Below the pieces are notes generated by a model. That model was given only the letters and a program-made list of their open reading frames with translations, ran no database searches and was not told where the DNA came from. A stretch of 64,000 bases of DNA, from positions 76,198,001 to 76,262,000 of the forward strand of contig NC_043006.1 of assembly GCF_006345805.1 (NCBI RefSeq). Direction: 5' to 3'. Both the position numbers and the translations under genes were made by a program. The stretch is from Octopus sinensis (taxonomy: Eukaryota). The number at the start of each line of letters is the position of its first letter. Positions within the stretch are counted from its first letter, which is position 1. Shown piece after piece: positions 25,712-40,363 of this stretch.

Positions 25712-25947
25712 CCCGTCGTATATATGTATATATACATATGTGTGTGTGTGTTGTGTTTGCCCCCCCCCCCCAACATCGCTTGACAACCGATTCTGGTATG
25801 TTTACGTCCCCGTAACTTAGCGGTTCGGCAAAAGAGACCGATAGAATACGTACTAGGTTTACAAAGAATAACTCTTGGGGTCGATTTGAACGACTAAATG
25901 CGGTGCCCCAGAATGGCCGCAGGCATATGACTGAAACAAGTAAAAGT
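25479..25947 (+). mobile_element. SINE family C, full length with internal (TA)n/(TG)n
   Basis: Head ..CCAACCATATGGTTCCCGGTTCAG.., CORE-like TTGGGCAAGTG.., AAGAAGCCCATCG, microsatellite, then the CATCGCTTGACAACCG..GGCCGCAG..CTGAAACAAGTAAAAG tail. Confidence 0.85.
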
Positions 25948-26704
25948 GTACCAACTCACTCGGCAAGAAACACTAGCCGATAAATCTTCAGTGAAATCAA
26001 TGAAGACCTCATAAAATCTATGGACGCGTGGTCAAAAAATACGGACGTATGTCGGTAAGCATTAAATGAAATAAACAAGTAAATACATGAACATTTTGCG
26101 AAGAAGTCACAATACCAAATACAAAGCTTGCAGACTAAAAGTCTAAAGTACTGTTAACATACACCTCTCAGCAAATTTAATTATACAAATTTGGCACAGA
26201 TTATATCACGGAGTGTTGTTATCAATTAGCCACCTCTACTTTAGTCTATCAATTGTCAAATCTCTTTTACTGTTCCTTACTTCAAATTAAATATTCGATT
26301 AAAATAGATAATATTCCGCAGTAATTAAATTATCTCGTGATTCACATTCCCAATATTTCACAATAAGAATTTCAAATAAAGAAACAATAAATATAATTAT
26401 AGGTAAGCGATTTCATAAGTTTTTAACGAGATATAGTTAGCTGAAAATAGCCTTCGAAGGTGAAAAGACTATCTGGAATCTAGATCAAAAACTTTAAAAG
26501 CTGTGTAAACACGGATACAGTAAGTATCTCTGTAGATAGAATCATTTTTTAGAGTGAAAGCAGCTAATATGACAAATAGTCTATTTCTCTTTCCCTCTCT
26601 CTCTGCTTCTCTCCCTGCTATCTATTTATGTATATGGATATATCGTAAAGAAAAGAATTATATATATATATATATAATATATATATATATATATAATATA
26701 TATA

Positions 26705-26757
<53 letters not shown>

Positions 26758-27249
26758 TTGTAGCTTGATGTAGTGGATGTTTGTTCGTCACTCGGATGTT
26801 TTCTTTAAAGTTTATTGTTTTATTGGTTGGTAGTCCAAATTTTGTTGAACTGTTCATTCAATAAGTCTGCTAGCTGAAAGCGAAAAAAAGCCATTTAAGA
26901 GCGACTTTTAAGAATTTAAATTGAAAATTTATTATTTCAAAACCCTAAAAAATTCAATACGGCTTCCCAAATCGAATGAGGTGATGGCTACTGGAACAGC
27001 CATTATGATATTGTTGCTGTCTCTGATCGAGACATGAAGTACAGACAACAACAGCAGCAGTAGAAGAAGCTGCAGCAACAAAAAAAGCAACAACAGAAGC
27101 AGTAACAGTGACGAGCAGAATAGAATTAAAAATGACAAAAGAACGGATTCAATCAGCGTCCTCCCCCCCCCCATCCACAAATATTAATACACCGAAAACA
27201 GCACTGTCCTTATTTTTACGCAAAAATGTTAACAGTAAAAACGTTTAAG

Positions 27250-27760
27250 TAATGCGAAAGCGTACTCAACATAGAAAAAGGCCAAAGACGAGAGTGGCGG
27301 TTAAAAAACTGCTGTTGCTCATGGGATATGTTTTGAAACAGTTGAGGTAAGATTCCAAACTGATGGAGTAGTAAAAAACGTTCGACGACAACCCTCAAAA
27401 TGAAGAACTGTGGCTAATTCCAACATACTCGGTCGGAGTAGGGTCAAAATAAAAGTAGCGGAGATACCTCCTGATGTAGACATCTTTTTTTACTGGTGGT
27501 ATCTTTTTTATATGGCATAGAAAGGGAACAATAATTCTGCAAGTACACAAAATGAGAAAGGAGAATTATGGATACACGCCGATTAGAACGCTATCGAAGC
27601 TATCCCAGTCTTATTCAATCTCCCTAATGGCACATAACGGTTTGTAGCAGCTGAGGTCAGAAATCCGAGATGGAGCAACCAATCATGTAAAGGTTTTCTG
27701 CCCCATGCAAAGAACAGGACTTACCCCCACTGCTACAGACCCCTCTAAATTAACGATAAT
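27250..27760 (+). pseudogene. Possible non-LTR ORF1 remnant
   Basis: Frameshifted hand translation LWLIPTY.GRSRVKIKVAEIPPDVDI..IPVLFNLPNGT*RFV...RNPR with a decayed knuckle-like end; lies just upstream of an RT remnant. Confidence 0.35.
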
Positions 27761-28127
27761 AACAGCATCAAAACCAGCCTCAGCAACTAAAACAATAACC
27801 GCATCAATAGAATGAGCAACAGGAGGGATCAACGAGCGGGATTATGGGGTCGGTGTTGAATGTAGCGATGCACAGTAATATATAGAAAGAAGATCTATAT
27901 CATTCTCGTTGAAGTTCTGAGCGTCAATGAAAACGAACTCATTGATCTGATTCGTAGCACTGACAATGCAGGCAAATAGCTGTACCAGTACAAATTAAAC
28001 TCTATAGTCAAGAGGTTCACGCTGAGGACGGAAACTGTTTCACATAAACTCGTTCAGTCACCGATTAGTGCTGTCTCGTGTTGTTCTGTGAAAGTATTGC
28101 AGTCTAAACTTCCTTCCGTGTGCCAAA

Positions 28128-28502
28128 ATGGAAAGCAGTTATTTTTATATATCAAAAGCCTTCATCAAAAATAGTAATCGCACCTCCAGATCTGTCAATA
28201 TATTAAAAGGAATGAAACAAGGAAATGCATTTTCAGTTATACTTTTCGGTATTGTAAGAGCGTCAATACTTTCTAAAAATGAAGATGAATGTCCATTTGG
28301 ATTCTCAATCGATGGCCACTTCCTCTCCAATCTTAGTTACGCTGAGGATATTTCTGCAATACGTGAATCCAGTCAGGCTGTACAATATTTTGTTGACCCT
28401 CCTGGGAAACCTGCTGCAGAGGGCGAACCACCTATCTTCGTATCAAAAACAGAATACATGACAGTAGACAAACCTTATCCTGATATCAATATTGCAGTAT
28501 AA
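28128..28502 (+). pseudogene. Non-LTR (RTE-like) reverse transcriptase core remnant
   Basis: ILKGMKQGNAFSVILF..GFSIDGHFLSNLSYAEDI..SKTEYM matches RT motifs GVRQGDxLSPxLF, YADD and KTxYM. Confidence 0.85.
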
Positions 28503-28878
28503 GGAACGTTTTTAAATTAACCTACAATAGACACAAACACGCTTCAAGAAATGAGGGAAAGATAAAATAGTTCTTGGTTACCTAGCGTTTGATGAGAACA
28601 AAGTCGAATTTACTTCGAAATGGAAACCCCAATACCACATAAAACCATGCATCTACGATATTCAAAATTCATATATTTTCATATCGATATTGCAGGACGT
28701 TCTTTTTGAATAAGTAGGCTAAGTACAAAGATTCCGTTGTCGTAATCTCAAATAGCCAGAACTGATCTGGTTTGTGACAACTTATGTCTAGGAAAGAATG
28801 ATATTGAAAATACCGTCTTATGTACATATACTCTGTTTAAACAGAAGTATAATGTTCGATATGATGATGGTATGACCA

Positions 28879-28879
<1 letters not shown>

Positions 28880-28921
<42 letters not shown>

Positions 28922-28992
28922 AATATATATATATATTATATATACATATATATATATACGTATATATATATATATAATATATATATATATAC

Positions 28993-29027
<35 letters not shown>

Positions 29028-29073
29028 ATATATACGTATATATATTATACATATATATATATATATATATACG

Positions 29074-29110
<37 letters not shown>

Positions 29111-29117
29111 ATATATA
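28880..29117. repeat. (TA)n-rich microsatellite array
   Basis: Read directly from the sequence. Confidence 0.9.
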
Positions 29118-29282
29118 TACGATGGGCTTCTTTCAGTTTCCGTCTACCAAATCCACTTACAAGGCTTTGATCCACCCGAGGCTACAGTAGAAGACACTTG
29201 CCCAAAGTGCCACGCAGTGGGACTGAATCCGGGACCATGTGGTTGGTAAGCAAGCTACTTACCACAAAGCCACTTATGCGCA
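29118..29282 (-). mobile_element. SINE family C 5' half
   Basis: Matches 25479-25635 in reverse complement and runs into (TA)n. Confidence 0.85.
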
Positions 29283-29299
29283 CGCACACACACACACAA

Positions 29300-29330
<31 letters not shown>

Positions 29331-29991
29331 CACATAAATATGCATATACATATATGTATGTGTTTGTGTATGTATGTGTGCTTGTAGGAATATGTATATG
29401 TGCGTACGTGGAGCGCATGTGTACTTTTTTGTTATATTGCTTGACGTGTCAGTCATTAGTAAATGCTATTTCAATTTGTTAATGCATCTTTAAATGGACT
29501 TTATTACATTATGCAAATACCATACACGTCCTATTTATATATACACCGAATGCATGATTACTATAATGATATATCTATACAGTAAAATTATGGTTCTTAT
29601 TTCAACGTATTTACATCTTCAACATATTATTTTCCCTCTTTAAAACGTTAAAGAATTATCATATTTATGCGGTAAAATATGAATGAATTATGAGATCATC
29701 TATCTATTTGTCCGTCTGTCTCTCTGCTTGTATGTACTTATATATATAAAGTAATATTCTTGTTTAAGAATAACAAATTTTCACCCTACAAGAATATAGA
29801 GTAACCTACTATATTAATGTAGAGTTGTTTTTATAATAACGTAATATAAAAACAACACATATTTATAGCATCCGCACACAAACATAAAATATATGTGTGC
29901 CTGTGTGTATAGGTATATACATACATACATATGCACACACACGTATATATACATATATATACATATAAATATATATACACACACACACATA

Positions 29992-30045
<54 letters not shown>

Positions 30046-31249
30046 TATACACGTACATACATGTACACGCATACGCGTGTATATATATATACATGTGTGT
30101 GCGCGTGTGAGTGTTTATGTATGTGTGTGAGTGTAGGTATGTATGAGTGTTTGTGTATGTGTGTGTGTGCAGATCACAGGCTTAATAAAGGTTCCTGGTG
30201 ATAAACTTTTATTCTTTATACACTTTAATATTTTGATGCTATTAGTGTCATTTCTATACTACAAAACAATATTTCTTGTTTTCCTTTCTACATTTTGCAC
30301 ACGAAATATAATGGCTTGTGTTATATATGGAATCTTTCAACATTTTAGTATAAGTTTCATAATTTTTTATGGTTTTATTTTATATACAATTATAGCAACA
30401 AGAATTATATTTCGTATGATTTTCTAAATATTTGTGTGCACAAATAATCATGTATATGCATTCTTTTTTCCATGACATATATCTAGCTGTTGGAAAGTAA
30501 TAACTACTTTCCAACTTTCATAGGTTGCTAACATGTGTAATATGCAGAAGGAATATTCTAACCATATAGTTTGAGGCATGTCGTGAGAATGAAATTTCTT
30601 TCGGATTAATAAGTAATTTTGACTGAGAAGACAGGGGAGATATCTTCGTATATTAAATTGCTTAAAAATGTATTACAAATCAAATGCTAGTATGCAGTGT
30701 AGAGCGACTCATCAATTTTGTGAGTTCGGTAACAACTACTTATATGGCTCCGTCGTATTATGCCTGTTTAAAACAGTACTGTTTCTAGCATATTACGATT
30801 TTTAAATATTACGATTTTGAATCAATAAACAAAGGGAGGCATTTTGAGTGAGATACAAATTGTTAAATGTGAGCTAAAATCCTTAAAGTACAGAGCGATA
30901 AAAAATAATTACAATTACTGCCGTATTGAGGCAAAACGCATTTGATAGTTACATATTTTGGCGAAGAAAAAGCAATGGGGACAACGAGGAAATTTGTCAG
31001 AAGAATACCGAATCCTTGACAGTTTTTACATGAGAGTCGTTGTGTGCATGACGGTCGAAACCAGAAGCCTTACTACAACTCGTACAACACAGTGGTGTTC
31101 AATAACGTCACCCAGCGTTAAGCTGGTGGTATCAAACTAGACGATGGGAATCTCACGCCATAAATCTTGCGTTACTTTCGCGTAACTTCCGAAAATTAAA
31201 ATCTCTTCAGAGTTTGATTGGATCAAAGCATATGAAAGATGTTGTTTCA

Positions 31250-31565
31250 GAGTACTGTATTTTGTTTGTTCCTTCATGAGACATGCCTGGCTTATAAGGG
31301 CCAGTTTCCCGGTTTACTTGGCGTATAGGTGCCCAACCTGGACGGGATGCTGGTCCGTCCCAGGTGAGCTGCAAGATGCAGGAGGAAAGAGTGAAAGAAA
31401 ATTGTGACGAAAGTGTCAGCAGAAGTTCGCCATTACCTTGTAGCGGAGCCGCGTAGAACTTAGGTGTTTCACTAATAAACACACACATCGTCCGGTCTGA
31501 GATTCGAATTCTCGATCACTCGACCGCGAGTCCGCTGCTCTAATCACTAGACCATGTGCATCCAC
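31250..31565 (-). mobile_element. tRNA-derived SINE with family B-like head and a different 3' part
   Basis: Head TGTGGATGCACATGGTCTAGTGATTAGAGCAGCGGACTCGCGGTCG..GAATTCGAATCTCAGACC similar to the head at 18067. Confidence 0.8.
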
Positions 31566-31886
31566 AAAGTACTGTGTAGTGGTTGCAAATTAGAATGGAC
31601 GTTACTGGATAGTGAACTCCTTAAGAACAATTCATCGATTATGCAAATTTATTCACAAGCCAATACCTAAAATTTCTGTTGATTTAAATATAAAATGAAA
31701 ATATTGAACGAAAGATGTGTTGAAATTTTTGCCCATGCATGCAGGTATCTACGTGTGTATGTATGTATGCATGTATGTATGTGTCTATGTATATGTATGT
31801 ATATATATGTGTGTATATGTATGTAGGTGTGTGTGTATATCTACTTATCTAAATATATATATACAGGTGTGTATATGTGTGTAAAC

Positions 31887-31960
<74 letters not shown>

Positions 31961-33532
31961 GTATCTAAATAATCGTGAATGGCAATATTAATCTTCCATT
32001 ATTTATCAATGTATTGTGCTTTTAAAAATGAAAATGCATCCGATTTTATTTTTGTATATACTTCAGATCTTATATTTAGATTATAAAGCTGACATTCAAG
32101 ATTTGATGTTACTTTCATAATATTCTCTGTGTCTAATACAATAACTTGGATGCTTTTCATAGCGGCATAGAACAACACGGTTAAAAGTAGATGAAGTTGT
32201 CACATCTTGAGGAGAATTACATTGTAAAAATATAAAGATCGAATGTTTGAAATAATACAGAACATTTAATCAATAGTGTTGTACGTTTTAACGAAGCATT
32301 TGTTACAAATTGGTGAATTAATGTCAAAAATAATTTAGCGAAAAACTAAAGCATAATACACTGGAATGAAAGTGAAGAATTTCATATTCTATTCAATAGA
32401 ATAATAATTTTGTCTTCGTTCATTTTGAAATACTAAGGATGGTTTCTATAAAATCGTCATTCAGGTCATTTTTATTTAGCATTTATTTCTATTTCATATT
32501 TCACCTTCTAATTAAGAAACTAACAAAATCTCTATACTTTTTAATTTTCTCTATTGAACATGTAATAGGCATTTCTTTATTAAAGAAGAAAATAATTAAT
32601 GAATCGCGGAAAAGAGAATAAAGGGAATTTGTGAAAAGGAAAAAAAAATGTAAAAGAAAATTTTGAATGTCATACACTCGAGATACATAAAAATGTACCT
32701 CTAATGAATGGGAGCAGTGAAACAGTGAACAGAGTCTTTAAAGAACAGTAAGAATTTAATTTAATTAGAAAATCTATTGATCAATCAAATACAAAATATG
32801 TTGGTAAAAAAAATGAATAATTTACAGATGTAAGTGATAATAATTAAACAACAGAAAGAACACGAGCGAAAGTTATAGTAGATATCGTATATCATAGTCT
32901 ATATTATGTTACAATCATATTAGAGAGAAAATAATTATTGTTAATTTCAAAAGTTTTATATCTTAGTTCAGATTAAGTTTGATTCAGAGAAATAAGAAAC
33001 ATGAAGAACTACTATTGTTTGTCAACAAAACATTTCTGTCATGAAGAATTCTCGAACCTCGTGATCGATGTATTCTATAAAGATGTTTTGATAACTACCT
33101 GGTCGCTGATTTTTTTTTTATAGGGCGTTATCAAGATGGTGGATAAAGTGGTAATTGTTCAGAAATATATAGAGTGAGAGTAAATTGGTTGAAGAAGTGA
33201 TTCGTAGCCGAATTCGTTCACTTTACACAATCATTTGCGAGACATCTGTTTGAATGGTTTATTTTCTTTTTCTTTTTTTTTTTTGTAAAACTCACCCTCG
33301 CCATTAATGGTGTGTCTCCCATTCTACTCTGTCTGAAACAGAATACATATTTCTTCTCCCCAGAGCGTTGGTGTACGCAAATTCTTCTTTTGGGCATTTT
33401 TATTCTGTAACAGTTGATTTGTAGAACAATCGATTGAACGTGTGTAAAAATAATGTTGCATTTCTTGGTGCATTTATATAGAGATAGAGAGACATAGAGA
33501 TAGACACATACATAGAGAGAGAGAGAGAGAGA

Positions 33533-33564
<32 letters not shown>

Positions 33565-33608
33565 AGAGAGAGAGAAGGTGAGACTGATGTAGATATTTAA
33601 ATGGAGTC

Positions 33609-33823
33609 AGGCGGTGATCTGGCAGAAACGTTAGCACGCCGGGCGAAAAGCTTAGCCTTATTCCGTCTGTCTTTATGTTCTAAGTTCAAATTCTGCCGAG
33701 GTTGACATTGCCTTTCATCCTTTAGGTGTCGATAAATTAAGTAGCAGTTGTGTACTGATATCAATTTAATCGACTGACACCCTTCCCCAAAATTTCGGGC
33801 CTTGTGCCTAGAGTAGAAAAGAA
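33609..33823 (+). mobile_element. SINE family A with A2 tail
   Basis: AGGCGGTGATCTGGCAGAAACGTTAGCACGCCGGGCGAAA..CCCCAAAATTTCGGGCCTTGTGCCTAGAGTAGAAAAG. Confidence 0.9.
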
Positions 33824-34103
33824 TGCCCCCTCCTTTTCACAACAAACGTGCAACACCCATTCATCTCTCTGTCTCTCTCCCGTGATACAAAAGAGACTGG
33901 TATTGTTTGGGGCTCTCTGGTTTCCAGCCCCCTCCGTTTAGATACACTAGACACAATTGTCTCTTTCCTCCTCTCCAGCAAAGGTGTGCCTTCCACTCTG
34001 CTCTGTCTAAGCCAGGATACACATTTCTTCTCCCCCAGAACGTTGGCCTGCGCGAATTCTTCTTTTAAGCATTTTTATACTATAACAGTTGAAAAGGGAT
34101 TCT

Positions 34104-34433
34104 ATTCTTTTGTACTCTGGGTACAAGGACCGACAGTTTCGGGGAGGGCGCCAGTCGCAACTGGTATGTAATTTATCGACCACGGCGGAATTGGGACTCA
34201 GAACATAGGACAGATGAGATACCTATTTCTTTACTACCCACAAGGGGCTAAACACAGAGAAGACAAACAAGGACAGACGAACGGATTAAGTCGATTACAT
34301 CAACACCAGTGCGTGTCTGGTACTTTTTTAATCGACCCTGAACGGATGAAAGACAAAGTCGACCTCGGCGGCAGACGAAATACCGCTAAGCATTTAGCCA
34401 GGCATACTGATTTTCTGCCAGATCACCGCCTTT
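34104..34433 (-). mobile_element. SINE family A dimer with internal deletions
   Basis: Same tail-to-core junction (GAGATACCTATTTCTTTACTACC near 34216); period 161, i.e. 184 minus an approximately 23-nt deletion. Confidence 0.85.
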
Positions 34434-35399
34434 GAAAAGGGATACCATTAGCATCGATCTCACTGGTCTTGGATAACTACGTGAAAGCAACCTTTCATAG
34501 ACGAAATCAGCGAAGAAATCCTTTCAACAAATAGTTGATGTATATAAACATTATACAAGTATACGCATACATACACATAGTTACACACAGACAATTTCTC
34601 CAATATAGTATTCGGGTATATAGAATATGAGTTTATAATAAATGTGTTAAGTTGTATATGTTGTACGATAATTGCAAAGTTGCAAGCTAAACAGCTTTCT
34701 CAAATCTCCAAGATATTACGAATTCTATCTTATGGATACTGTTGACAGCTATATATCTTGTCATTTAATCTTAGCCTTGCCATTCATAGTTATAATGTCG
34801 CTGATATATTGAAAATACCTTATGGGAGACTCTGAGCGTCAATGACAAATTTGCACGTATACAGGAATGCTAATTTATCTGGTACTAGTTCATTACAATA
34901 AGAAATATGCTGTACATTTTTGAAATCAGAGAATGCCTTTGGAGAATGTGATTAGTAGTTAGATAACAAGATGGTTTCTATTTCTGCGAATATAATATCA
35001 TAAGTAATTATTTGCATTCGCACAAAAGTAAAACTATGTTTTTATAATCCGGGCAATTGAAATCCAAAAACCTTGATAGCATATCCCGAATTAGTGTTAT
35101 ATAACATCATGCCGTACAAAATAAGAACTAAGGGTCGATGTCGAAGCAGGAGCGGAGAAAATGCCCTTTTCTTAATGGTACGTATTTTGCCAATGAAGCC
35201 ATATAATAACAGTATAAAATATCTAAATCATTTCACTTTACATTTCACCACGATTATCAGCGAGGGTAGCTGAACATTTTCAGTTGTGTTTTGATGGTAA
35301 GGTTAAATTTAAAAGTAAAATTATAGACGTTATATTCTGGAAATATTCCCATAAATCGATCATTTGAATGTGAAAGTTAAATGCCAATTAATAAGTTTC

Positions 35400-37800
35400 C
35401 GAACAGAAGTGTCCTTGTTAGTCAAAGCATAACCGATTCAAGTTGGCCGTGGAAAGACATTTGCCATGTTTCATGGCTTATTTCGATGTGTCATTGCATC
35501 TCGAAAGGAATAACACTCTTCAGGGTCTCTGGGAATAGGGCAATGAAGTTATTGGGATGTCATCTGTAAGTCTGTTTTAGTCTCTTAAGGTGGCTGTGTG
35601 TAAGTTAACCGATGGTGTGCCTGATTAACCTGAAAAAAAGGGGCTAAACCGACGGATCCTTTGATGTCCCTTAAATACCAATTCGATCAGGCAACATCAG
35701 CCAGTAAATAAATGAGCAAAGTTGCTTTCATGCGCCTGGAGAATACAACACGTCTGATTATAGAAGTAGAAATGATAGAGTCGGAATGTCTGAACGGGAG
35801 TTCGCATGATATCAGTAAATGTTACCCTAGTAGCGGTAGAAGAGTTAGAGTGAGGAGACACCATAGCCAGGGCCCAAGTGTTAGAGTGAGTTATTAAACG
35901 AATCTGCAGCAATCAGTTGAGCCACACTTCTTTGAATGCAGTCCAAGATGCCCGAATGTGTGAATCAATGGTTCTTCTGAAGGAGAAAGGCATTCTTTGA
36001 AAACATATTTTTACAATAATTAGTGGTGGTCAGAAGTCAACTTTCGTGTAGCTATCAGGTTTCAGGTTGTTTGTAGTTGAAGTTTAGAATCGGATGGGAA
36101 ACCACACTATTTCATGATAAGGTGCAGTGACTGTGTCTGTTTCATTCTGTTAGAGGAGGCATTATTGGTGTGGCACACTTGTTTGTTGCTTCTTAGACTT
36201 CAGCTAACGAATTCAAGGCAGATATCGGTTGAGATGTGACAATGACACTTGTTGAAATGCTGTAAAACTGTGAATGGTACAAAGACCATACCTGAATCAA
36301 ACCAGAGATCATCGAAGGTAGATGAGAGAGACAGGCAGGCGGACAGAGAAGAAGAGGGAGAGCGAGACAGAGAGGAAGAGAGAAAGATTGACCAGCATAT
36401 GTGGTGACAGAATTATTTAACATAAAGCTATCGGTGCATTAAACAACAGAACGATGTAAACTATCCGCATGAAGTTTCTCTGCAGATTCATTTGCTTTAC
36501 ACAAGTTGAATGAATCGCTGCTGTCCACTACGATATTATTGTTTTTAATGATCCATTCGCAACTAAAGTTCTGGTAAATGACAAACAAGAATAAGTTTCT
36601 GTTGGTAGTCTTTCACGGATTGTGTACGGTTGGTTACTAAGAAGGAAAACGGATTCACGTTGTCATGAATTGGCTTTCCCGACAAAAGTTTCGATGTTGA
36701 AAATGAGTGGACTAGAATAATATTTGATACAACTAGACAATTTTTCCATCTGGAATTTGGCCCAGACTTCATAAGGTTTCCAATGCTCAGAATACACTTC
36801 TATAGAAACTGCGCTACTGAAATATTGTGAGTGTAGACGCTTAATCTGGGACACATGACTTGAGGCCAACTGGAGAAATATTGTCAAATTTGGTGGTCTC
36901 ATTGATTTGAAGAGACGGGAATGTTTTTACCGTTACAGTACAGCTTTGTTAGGCTTAGAGGAAAGGCGTAAATTTTGAGGACTTTCATCTAATGTGTGTA
37001 ATGCGGAGTAGGCTGTAAAGCGGGAAAGGAACATGGACGGTTTCGCAGCGGGGAAGAAATTTACATATCTAACTTTGTTTGGAAGAAAAAAGTTTTTTTC
37101 CTGTCTGCTAGAGATACTTTCAACGAAGATGAAATATAATTGACTGCCGTTTAGTAATCTGGAGACCCTACGGGTTGTAGTTTGCATATAAACATCCTTT
37201 TGGGTTCGGATGATATATCTACAGGAATAGCAGTACTGGTTTTAGAATTATTTTGGTTGTTTAGAATTATTCTGGTAGGTGCTTTAGATTGCACATTTTG
37301 TCTATTCTGCTGCGGTGCAGCTATGCGTGTAGCGGCTGAGTGTTGCAGGGCTGAATGATTTTATTATAAGGAGATACAAAGTGACTTGTATAGGAGGATG
37401 CTTTCACTTGCCCCTACCTGGCTTTTTTATCATTGGTTAGTGGTGGATCGCACAAGTTCTACATGGTAGACTTATCATAAATCTGACAGAATTCTATCTC
37501 GTAAGCTCACTTGAAATTGGGTGTGACAGACAAGGAGAGTTACTTTGTATAGTTATCTGTGAATAGTAGTGGCGATGATGGGGGAAGACTGAAAGCTTTG
37601 AAGTCAACAAGGAAAGTGAGAGAGATGTCTTTGCGGGATGAAATATCATCCAAAACAATTCGGTGACAGGAGGAAGAAACTGATATATTTCATAGAATAG
37701 AGGAGGATGACTTTTATCCAAGCAACTTGAAGTCTTTGTTGCTAACATCTAAGAGCTCAGAATGTGTGTGGCAGGAGAGTTGAATTAACATATGTGTAGA
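35400..37800 (-). mobile_element. Heavily decayed CR1/L2-like LINE (RT and C-terminal region)
   Basis: Fragments FLVTNRTQSV, TTYAGQ (YADD position), ILDCIQRSVAQLI and VSSL*LFYRY* occur in the expected order on the minus strand; many stops. Confidence 0.65.
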
Positions 37801-40363
37801 CATCACGTTTCAGAGCAAACAGTGTTTCTTAGAAAGTGAAAGTAGACTATACACAAAGAATTAGTATAGGAGATTAAAACGTTGTTCATTTTCATGCCAG
37901 TTAAAGCTGATGGATCGGGATAATGACAAATACACAGGAGTCTAGTCATGTTAGAAAAGAGATAATTTTACTTTCCATTTTGAAGAACCGGGAAATATAG
38001 TGTGCGACGTGCTTTGATGTCACTGTTACGTCAATGTGACTTAACGTAATATTTGCCTACAGCTAATTTCACTAAATAATCCTATAATATTAAATGTGTC
38101 GTGATGCATTTCTTGACTGTAGTCCACACCGAAGGCTGGTTGAAATAAAATTCACGCGTAGTGTTCACTATGACAGAAATGCTGAAATTCTTTTCTAAAT
38201 TCTTGCAAATTGAATAGAAAAGAATTGAATGCATCGATATAAATCTCATGCACAATTATCATTGGAGACCAGTAATATACTGAGGTTCAATTTTGCCGAT
38301 ACTTTCCTTTCAGTGAATACTTTTGCTGAATAATTCACTATAAATACTGTAAAATTTCTAAGTTTTTATCGGCAATTTAGTGTTCTTTATATTCTACAGA
38401 CACAGGTGTGCTGTCAGCTTCCCTCTTCTCCATTCGATAATATTTGTATGTAATGGTCGATAAATCATTTGCTGTTTGATATGCTGATCCGAGAAAATAT
38501 ATACTAATGTTCTGTCTTAAATTATTTATTTGTTCAATAAAAATTCAATAAGAAAAGACCGTAAAATGATATGCAGTAGTAGGTTGTAGTTTATTATAAA
38601 TATATCAATTTCTTTATGGCGAACCCAATGATGAATGATTTACTATCAAATAGCTTTAGCAACTTGCCAACTTTTCCTATTCGTGACCAAGGGATATCAA
38701 TGAATTCGCTTTCAAACAAGAAAATATATTTATCGCTTTCTATTTGTCAAGTAGGTTTGAAGATGTAGTTTACCTTGTGCAAATTTATTCTTCCATTTAT
38801 TCCTCAATTTCAATCTATTGTGCTTATGGCAAAATATTTCTAAAATCACACACCGATATTTGGCTTGATGTAGTTTTAAGGAAATATGGCACTTATAGTA
38901 AACGTAATGTTTCAAATATTTTCTTAGAAATATTTCATCACAATGTACTATGTGTATTTCACTGGAAACTTGATGTTAAATGAGAAACACCTACAGGAAA
39001 TTAAGGTAGCTGAATCGCATTGAAAAGTTATTGATACTTAAACATTTGGCGCTTGCAATATTGTTATTTCTCCAACCAACAAATCTCTTTCAAATATTTA
39101 CACTAATATTTACAATACACTAAATATGCTACAAGTGATACCGTAATACTTTAGACATCCATTAAGTAATGAAATATAGATGTATCCATTTCCATTTATA
39201 GTTTTGTATATTTTTCTAGTGAATTTCTTCTGTACGGTGTCAAATACGAAACTTTCAACATCTTACTAATATGACCGTTATCCTTTATCAACAATTAAGT
39301 CGTTTGGGTCACTAAGCGTTGTATGTTTAATCCCTTATTTGTTTCAGACTTTTCGTCATATTACAAACAATATACATCCATACCTTATGCAAATATTTTT
39401 CATATGTCGGTTCCGATAACATTGATGAAATCCCTTAACGTGGATTGTCTAACAAAGAATGAGTATACATATGAATATTCATATCAACTCAAACGGGATT
39501 TATTAAAATAACCACCTATCAGCTATTACAAATATACTTACATACTACAAACACTCGCGCGTACACACACATGCAAACACACACTCACACATGTATACGC
39601 CAAAACACACATACACGTGTGAAGTTCTTGTTTTTAATTAGATTTTATTAAGTGAGAGTGTGTTACATACATCCATACATACTTAAGCTCACAGAAACAC
39701 GTACGGTCACAAATATTTCAAATATGCCTGATCTCAATGAATATAACCGAGAAAGTTTATATCGATTCATATTATGTTAAGGAATGTAATTACCAATTCA
39801 CAAATGATACCAGATAATTTATGCAAACAAACAAGAAAATAATAGTGTGATCACTGCATGCTAATATTATGTTGACCATGTCCCTCAATGGGCAATAGGC
39901 TAAAGCATTATTTGTATTATATCCTGATAAAAATGTTTATTTTAAAACATACAGCTATATTTGTATTAAGTTATATTGTGTAGGATAATTTTTTTAATAA
40001 CAGCTGATATTTCATTATATCGCACCACTCGCAATAAAAGATTGTACTTATATTCTGCAGAATAAAACAGGGTTATCATATAAAGATTGTTTATGGCAGC
40101 AAGAGGGCAGAAAATTTACCGAGCTGGACATAAATGTCTCGGAGTATTTATACCGATCCTTTACGTATGTCACCGTGGCCAACTTTGCATTTTACCTACC
40201 CGGAGTGAAGAAAGTAAGTATCAGTGAAGTGATTTGGTTGAAGTTATCGACTAGCACACTTCATACACAAATTTCAGGTACTGTGCTGATACTAAAAAGT
40301 CATGTAAGAGTTTTCCATTTCCCATTATTATAGAGCTTTCTGTATGCAATGCAAAAATGCTAA

